Below, piece by piece: positions 37,301 through 49,708 of a stretch of DNA of 64,000 nt. Location: NCBI GenBank assembly GCA_020536535.1, contig JAHLWZ010000807.1:1-64000 (forward strand), given 5' to 3'. This DNA comes from Pelomyxa schiedti (taxonomy: Eukaryota; Protista; Evosea). Each line of letters begins with the position of its first letter. Within the stretch, counting starts at the first letter, position 1. The notes under the pieces were generated by a model. That model did no database searches. It saw only the letters and a list, made by a program, of their open reading frames with translations, and was not told the origin of the DNA. Both the position numbers and the translations under genes were made by a program.

Positions 37301-38248
37301 TCGTGCACTAGTTGCATGATCATGTGGGCTGTGATGACATCAGCACATGTGATATCTAGAATGGCCGGTATCACAGGAACCAGAACTGGTTGAGATACAG
37401 GCAGTGTAATGTCACTGAAGTGGCAAAAGGTTATTGGCGTTTGGCACAGTGGGACCTCTGGGGATTTCGCTATTACTGACAGAAGGGTGTCCAGAGTTCC
37501 CAGTTTTGGTGTCCATTTCAACATTTTGTAAGCACAAAACTAGTGTATGTCAGAGTATTTTTACAAAATAAGACCCGGACATTAAAAGCCATATGAATGG
37601 GCAGCAGTGTGTGCTTCACTCTATCTGTTTCTGGAAACTGCGCCATTGTGTCACTGCAGTCAAGAAGTAGGGTTACACATGATAGTGGAACCTTAGCAGA
37701 TGCTTCTGGGAACCTGCTTCTTGACATACCGATCAGATCATGCAGTATCCTGCTTATCGCTCCACAGGAATCCCTGTACTCACCAGTGTGAAGGATCAGC
37801 AAGACTTTTTTACCAACCCTGACAGGTTTGGTGAGTGGGACAGAGAAAGTTGATTTTTTCCCCATTGGAAACTGGGACAGCCATACCCATAGCAAAGTTT
37901 ATTTGCTATAACTGTGGAGTCACAGTCCCCAGAGCATCGGTAGAAGAAACACATCTGTTCCGGGTGATTACAGTCCCCGGGATCCCACAATGTCAGCTCG
38001 TTACACGTCTGTGCCATGCTAGACATCACGACTTTGTTGTCAGAAATCTCTTTCTCTGTATGTAGTGACCTTCCCCCCTCGGATTCGGTCTCAACAGGTC
38101 GAGCCATTCTATTGAGCTTGATCCATTTGATGTTAATGTTGATGCTTGCTTGTAGTTCGCCGGCACTGGCTACAGCAGTGAACACAGAGTCGACACAAGG
38201 CTTGGAACCAACAACGAAACACAGCCGATTCTTCAATGCACCAGCCAT
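34303..38248 (-). CDS. ROCO-family protein (LRR, Roc GTPase, COR and a C-terminal kinase-like domain), multi-exon. The kinase catalytic motifs appear degenerate.
   Basis: The LRR block is 'LNLSNNKLKKIPKWL'. The Roc P-loop is 'KLVIVGDTGVGKTTLLKFM' (about 36950). The COR-sized 603-aa exon spans 35018-36829. The kinase-like tail has 'NVHTKISPG' in the HRD position, then 'APEVLSG..DVWGFG' and 'ERNPSSRPS'. Confidence 0.5.
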
Positions 38249-38530
38249 TGGGAATGATTAAAATGCGTGGTTGCTCTTTTCACAAGAGTGAACTGCTCTT
38301 TCCATTCGGAACCTTCCATCTAGCGTAGTAGTGGACTTTTCGTGCTGCCCCCCAACCGGTATCACTATCATCAAAATATCGATTCTTCTAATGGGAATTA
38401 CACCGTAATCAAGGGGGGATTTGCTGTTCGTTGGGAACAGCAAATCCAGAAGGCTTTGTATTGTGGTCACTAGTTTCGTTCCAAAAGGATAGGTAATAAG
38501 TCGATTTTATTTACAAGTGGGTTGATCCTC

Positions 38531-39907
38531 TTAGGACGACCTGTTTGGCAATTGCAGAGCTTCAAGGAGACGGTCCAGTCTGGGAATTACTTCCCGTAGG
38601 TTAGGTCTTGTTGCTGGTGATGAACACCAACAATTCGTGATAATTTCGACAAGCAAGGCCGGGCATCCAGAGGGTATTTTAGGTCGCTGGCCTTTTCGGG
38701 CCACTGTATCTACAAGTACACTCATTTCGGTGATGTGCCCAAAGGGAACTTCCGCGCTTATCATTTCCTGGTCATTATTCAGCGTCGTGTGAAAAATTGG
38801 GTGGTAGTACCCATAGACACACGCCGAACGAGTATACGTCCGTTTTCTCTGTGTAAGCCGATCTTGTAAGCATTTCCTGAGAGAGATTAGCGGAAAAACA
38901 AATATATCTGGTGTGTGGCTGACATACAGGGCTCATCCAAAGAGGACTTCCTACTCTCTTTTGAACATATTAGTTCGAACACAATGTGTGTGTGAATGTG
39001 GTGGGAACCTCCGTTAGGTTACTTCCATCGGATGGCTCTACAATTGACAGACTAACAACACGTTAGAAAGAGCTTTCAAAAAGGATAGGATAGAAGTACC
39101 CAAAATCACACAGCTTGAGGGCAAAGTGAGAGTCGAGTAATAGATTCTCACTCTTACAATCACGATGAATAATTCTTTTCTCTGTTAAAATGGAAGGAAG
39201 GGTAACAGTTGTACTTCGGGTGTAAGCTGTGAAGGTGGCATAAGCCAACAGCCATTTGTTTTGCCAAATGGAGAGCCATCTCCAGGTCTGTATACTTATT
39301 AGAATCAATACCAAGGAACTTCATTACCTATTTTTGTATCGTTCCTTTCATGTAGAAGTTGATATACACTCCCCCCAGAAAGAAACTCCGTACATATTGA
39401 CAAATGTGGCATATGGGTGCAGGCACCCATCTTTTTTTTTTTTGGTGAGGCGGGCATTTTTCATTTATGTTCAGTACATATAATACAATGTTAGGATGCC
39501 GTAGACTTCTGTGGAGGAGGTTTTAAAAAAATTTCTTTAAACTGTGGTACGTACGCAAGGATGGCAATTTCTTGTTTGAAAGCCTTCATCAATCTTGCGT
39601 CAACGTTCTGAGCTTTCAATTCTGGACCAATTGAATAAGAACAGAGAACATGTTGTTGTACCCTTCACTGCAACATCACAATTCCTCCACTTGGATTTAT
39701 ATACAATTCCAAAACTTCCTAGAATGACAGAACGTTGGTGAGTGCGCGTACATCTTGGACATGGCTTCCTTTACCCTCTCCCAGCTTCTCTATCATTTTT
39801 AGCTCAGAATGAGGGATTTCCCACTCATAATTCTCTGAAGAGGTCGTAACACGATGACGTTCACGCCACAAGGAAGTATCCCATTGATATTGAACAACAG
39901 CTCTCAT
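38531..39907 (-). CDS. Protein kinase (TKL-like), multi-exon, with canonical catalytic motifs.
   Basis: The Gly-rich loop is 'IEKLGEGKGSHV', the catalytic loop is 'IIHRDCKSENLLL', 'LKLCDFGY' carries the DFG motif, and the C-lobe has 'CWCSSPATRPNLREV'. Confidence 0.55.
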
Positions 39908-40467
39908 AAATCTTGCTGTGGGTAAGAACAGTTGGGGAAAGACTTTTGGTTTTTGTTACTCGTCAAGAGTCACCAGTCCATCACGGTTTATGTCAATTTG
40001 CCCTGTTCATATGCATATCACGAATTTATCAATTCCAGAAAGGGTGAGCCTACCATAAATCCTATTGGCTTCTGGCTTGGTAACTTCAGGATAAAGAAGC
40101 TGCAACCTGGAAAAAAAAAATAAACTCGAGCTGGGAGAAAAAATACACTCGTACCCCTGGAAAAATTCGGTGCAATCAATAACACCATTTCCGTTGGTAT
40201 CTATATTATTGAAAGCTGCAATTCATTCCAGGTTAGAGGGGCAAGGTAAGAATTTCAATAATAGGTCTACACAATACCTGTGAGGACTTCAATTTGTTGT
40301 TTTTCGGTCATCTCAGCAAGGCTGCCGCTGGATGTACTGTTTGGAAGTGGGTTTTACTTCTCCAATTTTCAGCTACAAATTTGAATAACTTAACACACCC
40401 AATTTTCCCAGATGAAGTACCATTTCGTGCCTATTATTTGTTAGAGCAGCAAGAACTAGGTTCTGGA

Positions 40468-42009
40468 TTATTTACCTGCCGAGTGCCATAGGCAGACTTC
40501 AGAGCTTTCTTGGAGATTGTGAGTGCAAGGAAAGGTACAGCAGTAAAACTGTACCCCAGAACTATTGGTGATAGCAGCTGCCTTCAGAGCTTCTTTAAGT
40601 GCGTGGTCTTCAACACGTTGCTGGAACTCTAGCTCCTTTTTTGCTACAGCCTCCTCCTTTCCGGCAGTTAGAATTTTTTCTAATAAAAAAAGAAAAACCC
40701 TCTCAAAGAGCTTTTGCTCTCGTGCATTAAGTTCCTGTTCTCTTCTGTTGAGATATTCTTCCCGGTCGTCCAATATACTAAGATCGTCTCTCCGACACCT
40801 AATCATGGGAGGGCTGTGTGGTGCTGTTGGATTTGGGCTATCATCTCTTCGAGATCGGGCCATGGGAGGACTGCGTGGTGCTACTGGGGAATGTGTTGGG
40901 GATGATGGTGATTTCTCAGTTGTGGGTGACTTAATGCACGGAATTAAAGGTGCTGAAATTTTGTGTGTCCCTTGCTCCACTGGATGGAGTTCAAAGTGTA
41001 TTTTGTCGCAAGACTGGCGTGCAGAACTGTGAAGCTGGTCCTGGTTGTAAAGCAAAGTGTTGTCAGTGGGTGCCGTGGTAGAATTTGCATCGAAGTTTGC
41101 CTGAATGCCGAATGTGATATGCTTGTCACTATCCGGAGTCCCAATAGGACTAGCTTCCGCAGTGGAGGTTGTAGTCCCATCAGAAGGACTTATAGCACGC
41201 GGTAGTTCCAAAAAGCTAGGAACTTCAGTCACACCCTGATGAGATTGATGTGCCGTTGTTGTTGTTGTTGTCGTGTGAAACTGAATCGTCGGGCTTGTAA
41301 TTGAATTCGCGGAATTAGACGAAGGCACCTGAACGGGCGGCAACGTGGAATTCGTCAGGATCGCCGGCGAGCGAGATCTCTGCGGGTGCGCCTGTTGCGG
41401 CGACGTGAAGGCCGTGACGCAGGAAGAACGGACCGGCGAAAGAGAGGCCCTGCCGTGCTTTGATATCACAGAGGGGTGTGTCCTCAGAGACCTGAGGTGG
41501 GACCCCGAAGCCAGGACCGTGGGCGTGAGGTTCGGCATAGGACCCAGGCCGCTGGTCCCGGTCAAGTTGGCACACGCGGCCCCGGAATTATGGGACCGCG
41601 GTTGCGCGTGGTGATTGTTGGTGCTGCCGTTGCCGTTGTTGTTGCTTCCATTTGCGGCGTTGTTGGTGTTGTTGTTGTTGATGCTTGTTGGCGTTGGGGC
41701 GAATCTGACGCCGCTAGTGGCCGTCGTTGTTGTGTGACTGTGGGGATTGAGAGTTGGGCAGTGTGTGAGGGACGTAGAAGAGTGTGGTTGTTGCTGTTGT
41801 TGTTTGCTGCGAATTGGGGCTGCGAAGGATGAGTTGATTGGGGGTGGCGCTGCCACCCTCAGGCTCGTTGTGGTGGGAGGCGACTTGATCATTTTTTTGG
41901 TTTTGCGATTATGGGTCTCTGGTGTGCTATGTGTGCGTGGGGAGGGAGTGACTTGGGCCTTTTTTTTTTTGTTGTTGTTGTGTTGATTCCCTTGACGAGA
42001 AAGGGGCAA
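40468..42009 (-). CDS. Ser/Thr/Pro/Asn-rich low-complexity protein with tandem 'SP.APRSPPM.R.RRDD' repeats and a C-terminal coiled-coil-like segment. Function unknown.
   Basis: The 513-aa ORF has a strongly biased composition. The repeats 'HSPVAPRSPPMARSRRDD' and 'HSPPMIRCRRDD' are visible. The C-terminus 'EEYLNRREQELNAREQKL' is coiled-coil-like. Confidence 0.3.
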   Translation of the reverse strand: MPLSRQGNQHNNNKKKKAQVTPSPRTHSTPETHNRKTKKMIKSPPTTTSLRVAAPPPINSSFAAPIRSKQQQQQPHSSTSLTHCPTLNPHSHTTTTATSGVRFAPTPTSINNNNTNNAANGSNNNGNGSTNNHHAQPRSHNSGAACANLTGTSGLGPMPNLTPTVLASGSHLRSLRTHPSVISKHGRASLSPVRSSCVTAFTSPQQAHPQRSRSPAILTNSTLPPVQVPSSNSANSITSPTIQFHTTTTTTTAHQSHQGVTEVPSFLELPRAISPSDGTTTSTAEASPIGTPDSDKHITFGIQANFDANSTTAPTDNTLLYNQDQLHSSARQSCDKIHFELHPVEQGTHKISAPLIPCIKSPTTEKSPSSPTHSPVAPRSPPMARSRRDDSPNPTAPHSPPMIRCRRDDLSILDDREEYLNRREQELNAREQKLFERVFLFLLEKILTAGKEEAVAKKELEFQQRVEDHALKEALKAAAITNSSGVQFYCCTFPCTHNLQESSEVCLWHSAGK

Positions 42010-42364
42010 TCGGTGACGATTGGCCCTTGGGTACCTGAAGGACCTTGGTTGTGTTGGTTACTGTTGGTTAACACCAGTACCTGAAGGGACGGGGAAGATC
42101 GAATTTCGCTTATTAATACGTTCTTTCGGTGAAACTCGATCACCTTCCTTTGCAGTCGAATGAATAGTTTTTGCTTCTGCCAATCCACAGAACGACACTG
42201 TGCGAAGTGTTTCTGCAGGAAAACAATGAACACAAGCACTGGAGTTCTGTCACAGAACAACTTGAAAGAGCCACATAATCTTCCAAAGGATCCAAGTGCT
42301 GGAACCGAAACGGTGAAGAAAGGAAGGAAAAAAAAAAAAAAGCGAAAAAACGAATTAAACAAAG

Positions 42365-43354
42365 ATGGATCTGGTTGAAGAGGAGGAACACGACTTCTTG
42401 ATCAAGAGTACTCATGTACACTCACACCAAGACAACTTATAGCAGCTAATACAGTTGTCATAATTGGTGACAGTGGCGTCGGGAAGACAAATTTATTGTC
42501 TCAGTGGTATAGGTATCCAAATGACATACTTTCATAAACACACAGCACAACTTACTTTTTTTTTCCCCTCTCTTCCACATCGGCAGACATGAATTTAGCG
42601 AAAAGACAGCTTCCACTATAGGAGTCGAATTTGGATGGCAAATGAAAGAAATTGATGGCAAGAGGGTAAAAGCTCAAATATGGGACACAGGTCTCCACTT
42701 TCGCATATTATCTCTTACTGACTGAGACTTCCTTTTTTCCCACTACCTAACACTCAGCTGGACAGGATAGATTCCGCAGTGTTGCACAGGCATACTACAG
42801 AGGGGCAATGGGGGCACTTGTAGGTTGCTGACCTCACATTTATTGTTTAAATTCACTGTCCTAGTGTATGATATCACCAACCGATCGTCTTTTGTAAATA
42901 TCTCCAAATGGCTTGAGGAATTGAAGTAGGGCCTCATTACCGCGACATATTCTTACACTCCATGCAGGCAACACGCTGAGCCCAATGCAGTTGTAATGCT
43001 TGCTGGCAACAAATGTGACTTGGATACTCGCAATATTTCGGAGGATGAGGGAAGGGAATTTGCCACCAAGAATGGCATGCTGTTTATGGAGACCTCAGGT
43101 AAAAACAACGTGATGTTATTGCAAACTTAAATTATCTTTTCATAGCCCGCACCGCCGCCAATGTTGATTCAGCCTTCACATCCATAATCACTGGTGCCAA
43201 CTATGCCCCTACTTCTCGAAGCACTAACATTTTACTAGAAATTTACACAAACAACTTTTCGCCTGCTAAACCTGTTGTACACAAGGAACCCACAGTAAAG
43301 GTCAAACCTGCACCCGCACCCGCACCTGCACCACCCAAGAAGAAATTCTGCTGA
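42365..43354 (+). CDS. Rab11-like small GTPase with 6 exons.
   Basis: The spliced product reads 'MDLVEEEEHDFLIK / VVIIGDSGVGKTNLLSQ / HEFSEKTASTIGVEFGWQMKEIDGKRVKAQIWDT / AGQDRFRSVAQAYYRGAMGALV / VYDITNRSSFVNISKWLEELK / ..VVMLAGNKCDL.. / ..PAPPKKKFC*'. Introns are 45-70 nt and GT..AG. Confidence 0.65.
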
Positions 43355-44369
43355 GTTCTACAAGCGCAAACCAAAAAAAAATAACTGCTCTATGAGGAAC
43401 TCTGTTGTTATGTGCTGTAAAAATAAAGAAAGAAGTTTATAGAAATATTGCTTATTTACAATGAATTAACCTTTGGGTGGCCAACGCGGCAATAACCACC
43501 TTTGGGTTTTCTCTACGGGTGGTTGTTACGTTCCGATTTGTTCAACGTTCTTCTCGAGCGGCCCTCTAGTCCGCTACCAATATGTGAAAGTCTTCATCAA
43601 ATGTAAACAATGCTGCCCTATTGGCTCTGCAGTGGAAGTAAATGAGATTGTATTACACAAACATTATATACGAACCCTTGGCACGTGAGTAATACCGCCA
43701 GTTGATTTCACTGTTCCAAGCATGTAAAGCACACAATCTAATGTGTATCTTGTTCCAACTATCCTCATTGGCAGCAAGTTGACGCCATGAGTAGCACACT
43801 TGGCCAAAGGCCAAGTGATAGCCGAAGATTCTTGGGCAACTAAAGTATAATACAAGATGTTATGCATTGGGTGCGACATGTGTTTTAAGCCGTAAAATAT
43901 TCAATAAAAAAAGAGTACCCGCAGGTCCCACTAAATGGCGATTTACAGCTAGAAGGAAGGCAAAGGGCATTCCAAATCAATTCCAAAATGTCTCTGCCAG
44001 TTGTTCAACAAATAAACAGCAAGAACCCAAATGGCACAAAACTAAAACATGCGCGCCAAAAGATCGTACCTACCCGCAGTTGCAAATCCTTCATTCTGCG
44101 GCACGCGTGGCACAACAACAGTAACAGTTGTCGGAAGTGGCGCCACAGAAGTCGCGGGGTCGGTCCCGTGAGGCTCCAAAGCCGCCGTTGTTGAGGGTTG
44201 GGCAGCGTCGGTGGTAGTTGTTGTTGTTACTGCCGATGTAGTGGCCCTTGGTTTCGACTGCGTTGCACCCAGTAACCTCTGCCACATTGTGGAACCGTAA
44301 CACGTGTGATTTTACAGTAAAATGGAAGTTACATTAAACTTGTTCTCACGGAATCCAGTGGTCGCGGTA

Positions 44370-46497
44370 CTAATCATCACTTGGAAGAAGCGCTATTGTT
44401 ACGGAGCCATTGTCGCGCCTGGACGCTAGCCTCACGCTCCAACCAGGGCCCCCGGAGTTGTAGGCAAAAGACCCGCCCCCGCCGCCGGCCGTGGTGCCAG
44501 AGTGACCATCAGATGAACCAGGGGCGCCGCCACTGAAGCCGCCGCCGCCGCCGTAGTACCCCTCGGCGCTCCCGCCGCCGCCGCCGAACCCCCCATTCCC
44601 ACCACAGTCGCATGCCACTCCCCCCTTGCCACCATTTAAGGGCGAGGTGCACGGATATGGCGGAAGTCGATCGGCGGCGCGGGTTACACAGCGAGAGCCG
44701 TTTGACGACCACCCAGCTCCGCCACCGCCTGAAACGATAATGGCTGTGGTGGCACACCTTCCTCCTCCGCCTCCTCCGCCGTTTGTCCCTCCACGTGAAC
44801 AGGAATCCAACACTGAGTTACCATCTGGGGAGAGACTAGCAGACTTCCCCAAATACTTGGGCCCAAGTGTTGCCCCACCACCGCCACCGCCTGCACAAAT
44901 CAGAATCTTGCCATTTGTAGTGATTGGTGAGCCAGATAGAGTAACACCATCCTCCCACACAAATGTCCCACCTCCGCCTCCAGCTGCCGGGGACCCACTT
45001 CTGCCAACCTGTCCCACAAGTATGTTGAGTGGTTGTCCTTCCCTAATTTCACAGATCGTTGTCACAATGGCACCCAGACCCCCGTCAGACCCTCCGCCAC
45101 TGGCACCAACTGCAGTGACTCTGTATTTTCCGGTCACAAGTGCCACCCAACGTTGTATCCCTCTTGAAAGTGTGACATTCCCCGGAAGTGGAGCGTAATC
45201 GTCTGTGGGAGCGATGTCGTATTCCCCATTTAGGCTGGTGAACCTGACTCGCGTGGGCCTCAGCATATCGATTTGTTTTTGTAAATGATCTGCGTCGAGG
45301 AGGACCTTCTCCAGCTCTTGCATTCTCGACGTGAGTTCCAGCATTCTGGTGTGACAGCTTGCTTCCATCTCCTGCAACATATTGGCTTGGAGACTAAGCA
45401 TCTCTTTCATTGCCTTGTTCTCAGAAACCAGGAATGTCAGAGCCGGACTCATTTTCACAAGAACGCAAGACTGGATGTGTTCAGTGAGGCCACCCCTTTG
45501 CCCACTCCAGGTGCAGAACTGGGCACAACACTGAACTATCACTTTGGGACACGTCGAAGACTTATGTTCAGTCAGGTGCCTTGGTTTCACTTTTTCCCCA
45601 CATCCCTCAGGGCAATCTTTTTTCAGGCATTAAATGGCAGATATGCAAAAAGTGTTACCGATTGGGCAATCCAATTGTGTGTGAGACATGTCCTTTATTA
45701 ACTTCCTTGCAACCGATGCATTGCATCGAGTGCAAATCACAGGTACACTCAAGCAATCAGTTTGTTCGTGAGCAGCTTGATTTTTTGGTTGTACTTTCAT
45801 GCCACATAGGTTGGGACAATCTGCACCAGTGTTTAAATTAAAGTTTACATGCTACGTTACTATTGGTGTAATAGTACCGACTGGGCAGTCCAGCTTCTTG
45901 TGAGATAGGTCTTTCATTGCACGTCGCGGGACAAATTCATGGCAAAGTTCACAAGCAACGAGCACGCTGAGGCACTCAGTTTTTTCGTGCTGGGCTTGAT
46001 CCACAGGTGCCACTTTTACCCCACACTCTTTTGGGCAATCTGTGGGTATTAGATGACAATTTCGTGAAAAGCATGTTGTACAACCAACTGGGCACTGCGA
46101 GATGTGGGAGAGCAGAGACTCCCGAAGGATTATTTCATTGCACACGGTACAGTGCACTTCAATCGCAGATAGTTTTGCTATAATAGGCTTTGCTGTCACT
46201 GGTTTCAGTCTTCCCTCCAGTTCCTCCTCACATGTTGGACACTTTGTCCCGGTTAGTTTCGCGTCTAAGGAGAAAGGAAAGTGGAGCAAATTATCGTCAA
46301 ATTGTTCAGAGGGAAAAGGTTGATCGGTGATTTCTCACATTCTTTCCACTGTTGCAACAAGCCTCACACAACCAAGAACCACAGTCGTGCACCATGGGTT
46401 GATACGCGGGATGCTCGCACACAACGCAATTGTGCCTGACATCCCATTTCCGCAGTGTCCCTTTGGCGTATTTGAACCACGATCCTGGCTGTGTCAC
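44370..46497 (-). CDS. RING/TRAF-type zinc-finger protein with a coiled coil and a C-terminal glycine-rich, ALK-GRD-like domain in place of a MATH domain. Multi-exon.
   Basis: The N-terminal Cys/His-rich exon is 'CVVCEHP..HDCGSWLCEACC'. The TRAF-type zinc fingers are 'CPTCEEEL..HCTVCNEII..HISQCPVGCTTCF..' and 'CPKVIVQC..CTWSG..LTEHIQSC'. The coiled coil is 'MLQEMEASCHTRMLELTSRMQELEKVLLDADHLQKQIDMLR'. The Gly-rich tail has 'GGGGG' blocks punctuated by F/Y/W residues. Confidence 0.5.
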
Positions 46498-46769
46498 AAC
46501 ATGTCAGAAAAGACAACAAGTTGGGCGAGGGTGCGGTACTTTTTGAGTTGCGAGACAGGAACTGCCTGGCCCCGTTTGGCCCGCCATCAAAATCTAACTC
46601 GGAATGTTCAATTCGAGTGGAAAGTTGCCACATTGACAAGCAAAAGTGAAAGTTAGCTCAGATGCTTGGGCTTGGGGACTCTGGCTAAGTGAATCAGAGA
46701 GGCAGACGATACAAACAATTGATGATATATTCCAGATACGAAGAAACAAAAACGAAGAAGGCGGTTGCG

Positions 46770-49708
46770 ATGACGAAACGTCGCGAGTGGGAGTTCGAAG
46801 TTCTGCTGGGGGCGCTGATGACAATTTGGCTCTCGTGCGTTTTGTGTCGCGGCGCCTCCCTGTGCGTGAGCCCGACGGCCGTTGATGGCGGGGACGGCAG
46901 CGGCGCGGACTGGTCGAACCCAATTGTGGGATTCCCGATGAAGCCGGCGAGGGCTAGGGGCAACGTGTACCTTTTCGCAGCTGGCGAGTACAGATTCAAG
47001 GCTGGAATTCAGCTGGATGACGTGGAAAACGAATCTCAATTTGTGGAATTTGTAAAGGCAACTGCTCTGAACCACGGCCCTGGTTTGTAAATAAATGGCT
47101 ATCTGACTTTGTTTTTTTTAGCTTGACTGACCTAGGGGACAGATACCGGGTGGGAGGATTCTCTGTCAGATGGACAAGTTGTCTTTTTGGGAAATTCAAG
47201 TGCCTCTGGATTTGTATTTCTGCTTCGACGCAGTTTTTATTCATTTGATGGAGTAACCCCATTTGGCATTAAGCTGGGGTTTGACTGCTCCACGGTGCAC
47301 AATGACGAAGAAATTTCTGATTTCCTTATGCAGTCTTTTGACTATAGCACAGATTTCAACTCGGTTCACTTCAGAAATATAGAGTTTTCCATGTGTGGCC
47401 CCCACGCATATTTTGCAAGTGAGGATGCTGTGTACATGTACGCACAGCAAGGGATACATGACTTTGTTATGATAAACTGCTGGATTCACGACTCTCCACG
47501 GTTTACTGCCCCCTTGATTTGGTTGATCTTTAATTGATCTATTTTTAGAAGTGCATTGCTTTTACTGGAGGCCACTGACATAGTTATTGACCACTTACTT
47601 GTCGAGAGAAACGGGGGCAATGAAGAAAGTAGTGGGCTGCGCTTCGGAGCTGTCTCTAATGTATCTATCACAAATTCTGTGTTGCAAGACGTCCAGTCTG
47701 TGAACATTGTATTTCAGCAGTCAAGTTCTGATATTGTGGTAGAAAACAATCTCTTCATCAAGACTTCTGAATATCTCCCTTGGGCTTCAGTGGACACCAC
47801 TGTCATTGGAGCTCAAGATGCAGTGGATAATATAGAGATTGTGGGAAACATGTTCCTCAATGTCCATGGTCTTGACTGTGGAATAGAGTTGAGTGATGCT
47901 AGTGACGTTGTTGTAAATAATAACGTGTGGGCTTACTGTGTAGCAAACATCATCAATTTTGCTCTCCCAAGTGTGTCTGCCACCTTGCATATTTCATTCC
48001 TGATGGATTCACAGGCGGCACAAGGGATTACAACTCTTTTTGCAACAATTATCGGGATTTGAGCCCTGGAGCACAGCTTCTTGATGATAAGTCGGCCGAA
48101 GGAGAGAACCATGGATCTAGCTGTGGTAATAACTGGACCAAGCAGCTGTTTGTGCGCTACTCTCCCGGAATGCGGTTCCAGGATTCTGACTTACACCCCG
48201 TGGAAGTGGGTGATTCGGCTTTATGGCTCAATACACACACGAAGGACTTCTTTGGTACCCCACGTCAAAATCCTGGTCCACGAGGAGCCTTTGTTATGGC
48301 TGACCCATGCGCCTCCAGTGAAGTCTGTGGGGCTAGCACTCCTGAATGCTGGATGCCCCCAGTCTGTGATTCTTCCACTGGCTCTTGTATCTCCGATCCA
48401 ATTCCTTCGGCAGATGGAATGTTGTGTGGCGATAGTCCATCAGAGTTCACAGCTTGTATAGAAGGAGAGTGCCAATCCGGTGTTTGCCTGGGTGCCCCAT
48501 CAGATAGATACGCACAGTTTTTTGACTGTGGTGTGGTTGGAAATGGGGATCTTTGCCACTTTGAGTGCATTTCTGATGGTTCTGCTGGTACTGTTGAATG
48601 TAGTGACTCTGAGGTATTTGCCACTGACTTTTTTTTTTGATGTATTCTCACGTTGTTCAGTGGCTTCCGGCAAGTATAAGTTGCACAAGCCCTTGTGAAG
48701 CGACTCCTTCTATTCCACATGCATCTCTACGTAGTTGCTCAAGAATACGTGAATTTACTACTTGTGTATACAATTGTGATAGTTCTTCTACACAACTCGT
48801 GTTCAAGTGTGAAGATGGTGTCTGGCTTGACGAGACCTACGGGGCCACATGCTCCGAGTGGTGCTGTGATGACAACCCTTCATTTGCTGGGTATACAGTC
48901 ACAAATGAATGCTCCGGCAGCGCCGAGGATGATTACTGCACTTCAATCAGCTGCACATATTCTGGTACTATTACAAGTTACCCTCGCTGCCTATCATCTG
49001 GAGAATGGTCAGAACCTTCTGGATGCTTGGAATCCGAACCCAATTGCGGCATCTCTCACTGTACTGTATGTAAACTATAAACACATTAATGCCTCCACAT
49101 TTTCCATGCTCCCGTGCTCAATTTTACCAAGGTTTGTAGCACTTCAACAACCTGCAAGGAGTGTGATCAAGGCTGGACCGGGAGCCAATGCACTGAGGCA
49201 TGCACAATTACAAACTGTGAGGAATGTTCCAGCCACTGGACATGTTCTGAATGCTCATATGGAACACTTCCAAATTCGGAATCCACGGTCTGTGCTTCCT
49301 CCTGTAATACTATTGATCACTGCCTCGTATGCAATGACGGCGCTTGTGCTCAGGTAATTTTTTGACTTTTGCCTGAATTCCCTTGGAATTTCCACCCTAC
49401 CTTTTTCGTTTCTACTAACGCGCACCCGACGGCAGTGCGAGGATGGGTATACACCGCCAGATTGCACAGTGCCATCTTGCTCAATTGTGGGATGTGAACG
49501 GTGCAGCCAGAGTGGGCTGTGTGTGCTGTGTTCGGACCCATCCCATAATCCATCTGATGGGGGCACAGTGTGCACCACAGCCAGTGGTTCGACACCTGGA
49601 AGTGGGAGCACCAGTGATGCTCCGCCACTGAGCTCCCATTATATATTGCTGACTGCAATACTTCTGCTACTAGTGGTTCCCACCAACAATCTTGTTATCA
49701 TGTCTTGA
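46770..49708 (+). CDS. Secreted or surface protein, multi-exon. It has a signal peptide, a right-handed parallel beta-helix (pectin-lyase-fold-like) region, a Cys-rich EGF/furin-like repeat region and a C-terminal hydrophobic tail (possible GPI anchor or TM segment).
   Basis: The signal peptide is 'LLGALMTIWLSCVLCRGASL'. The beta-helix start is 'VSPTAVDGGDGSGADWSNPI..GNVYLFAAGEYR'. The PbH1-like repeats include 'VSNVSITNSVLQDVQSVNIVF..DIVVENNLF'. The Cys-rich modules include 'CTEACTITNCEECSSHWTCSEC'. The C-terminus is 'ILLTAILLLLVVPTNNLVIMS*'. Confidence 0.5.
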
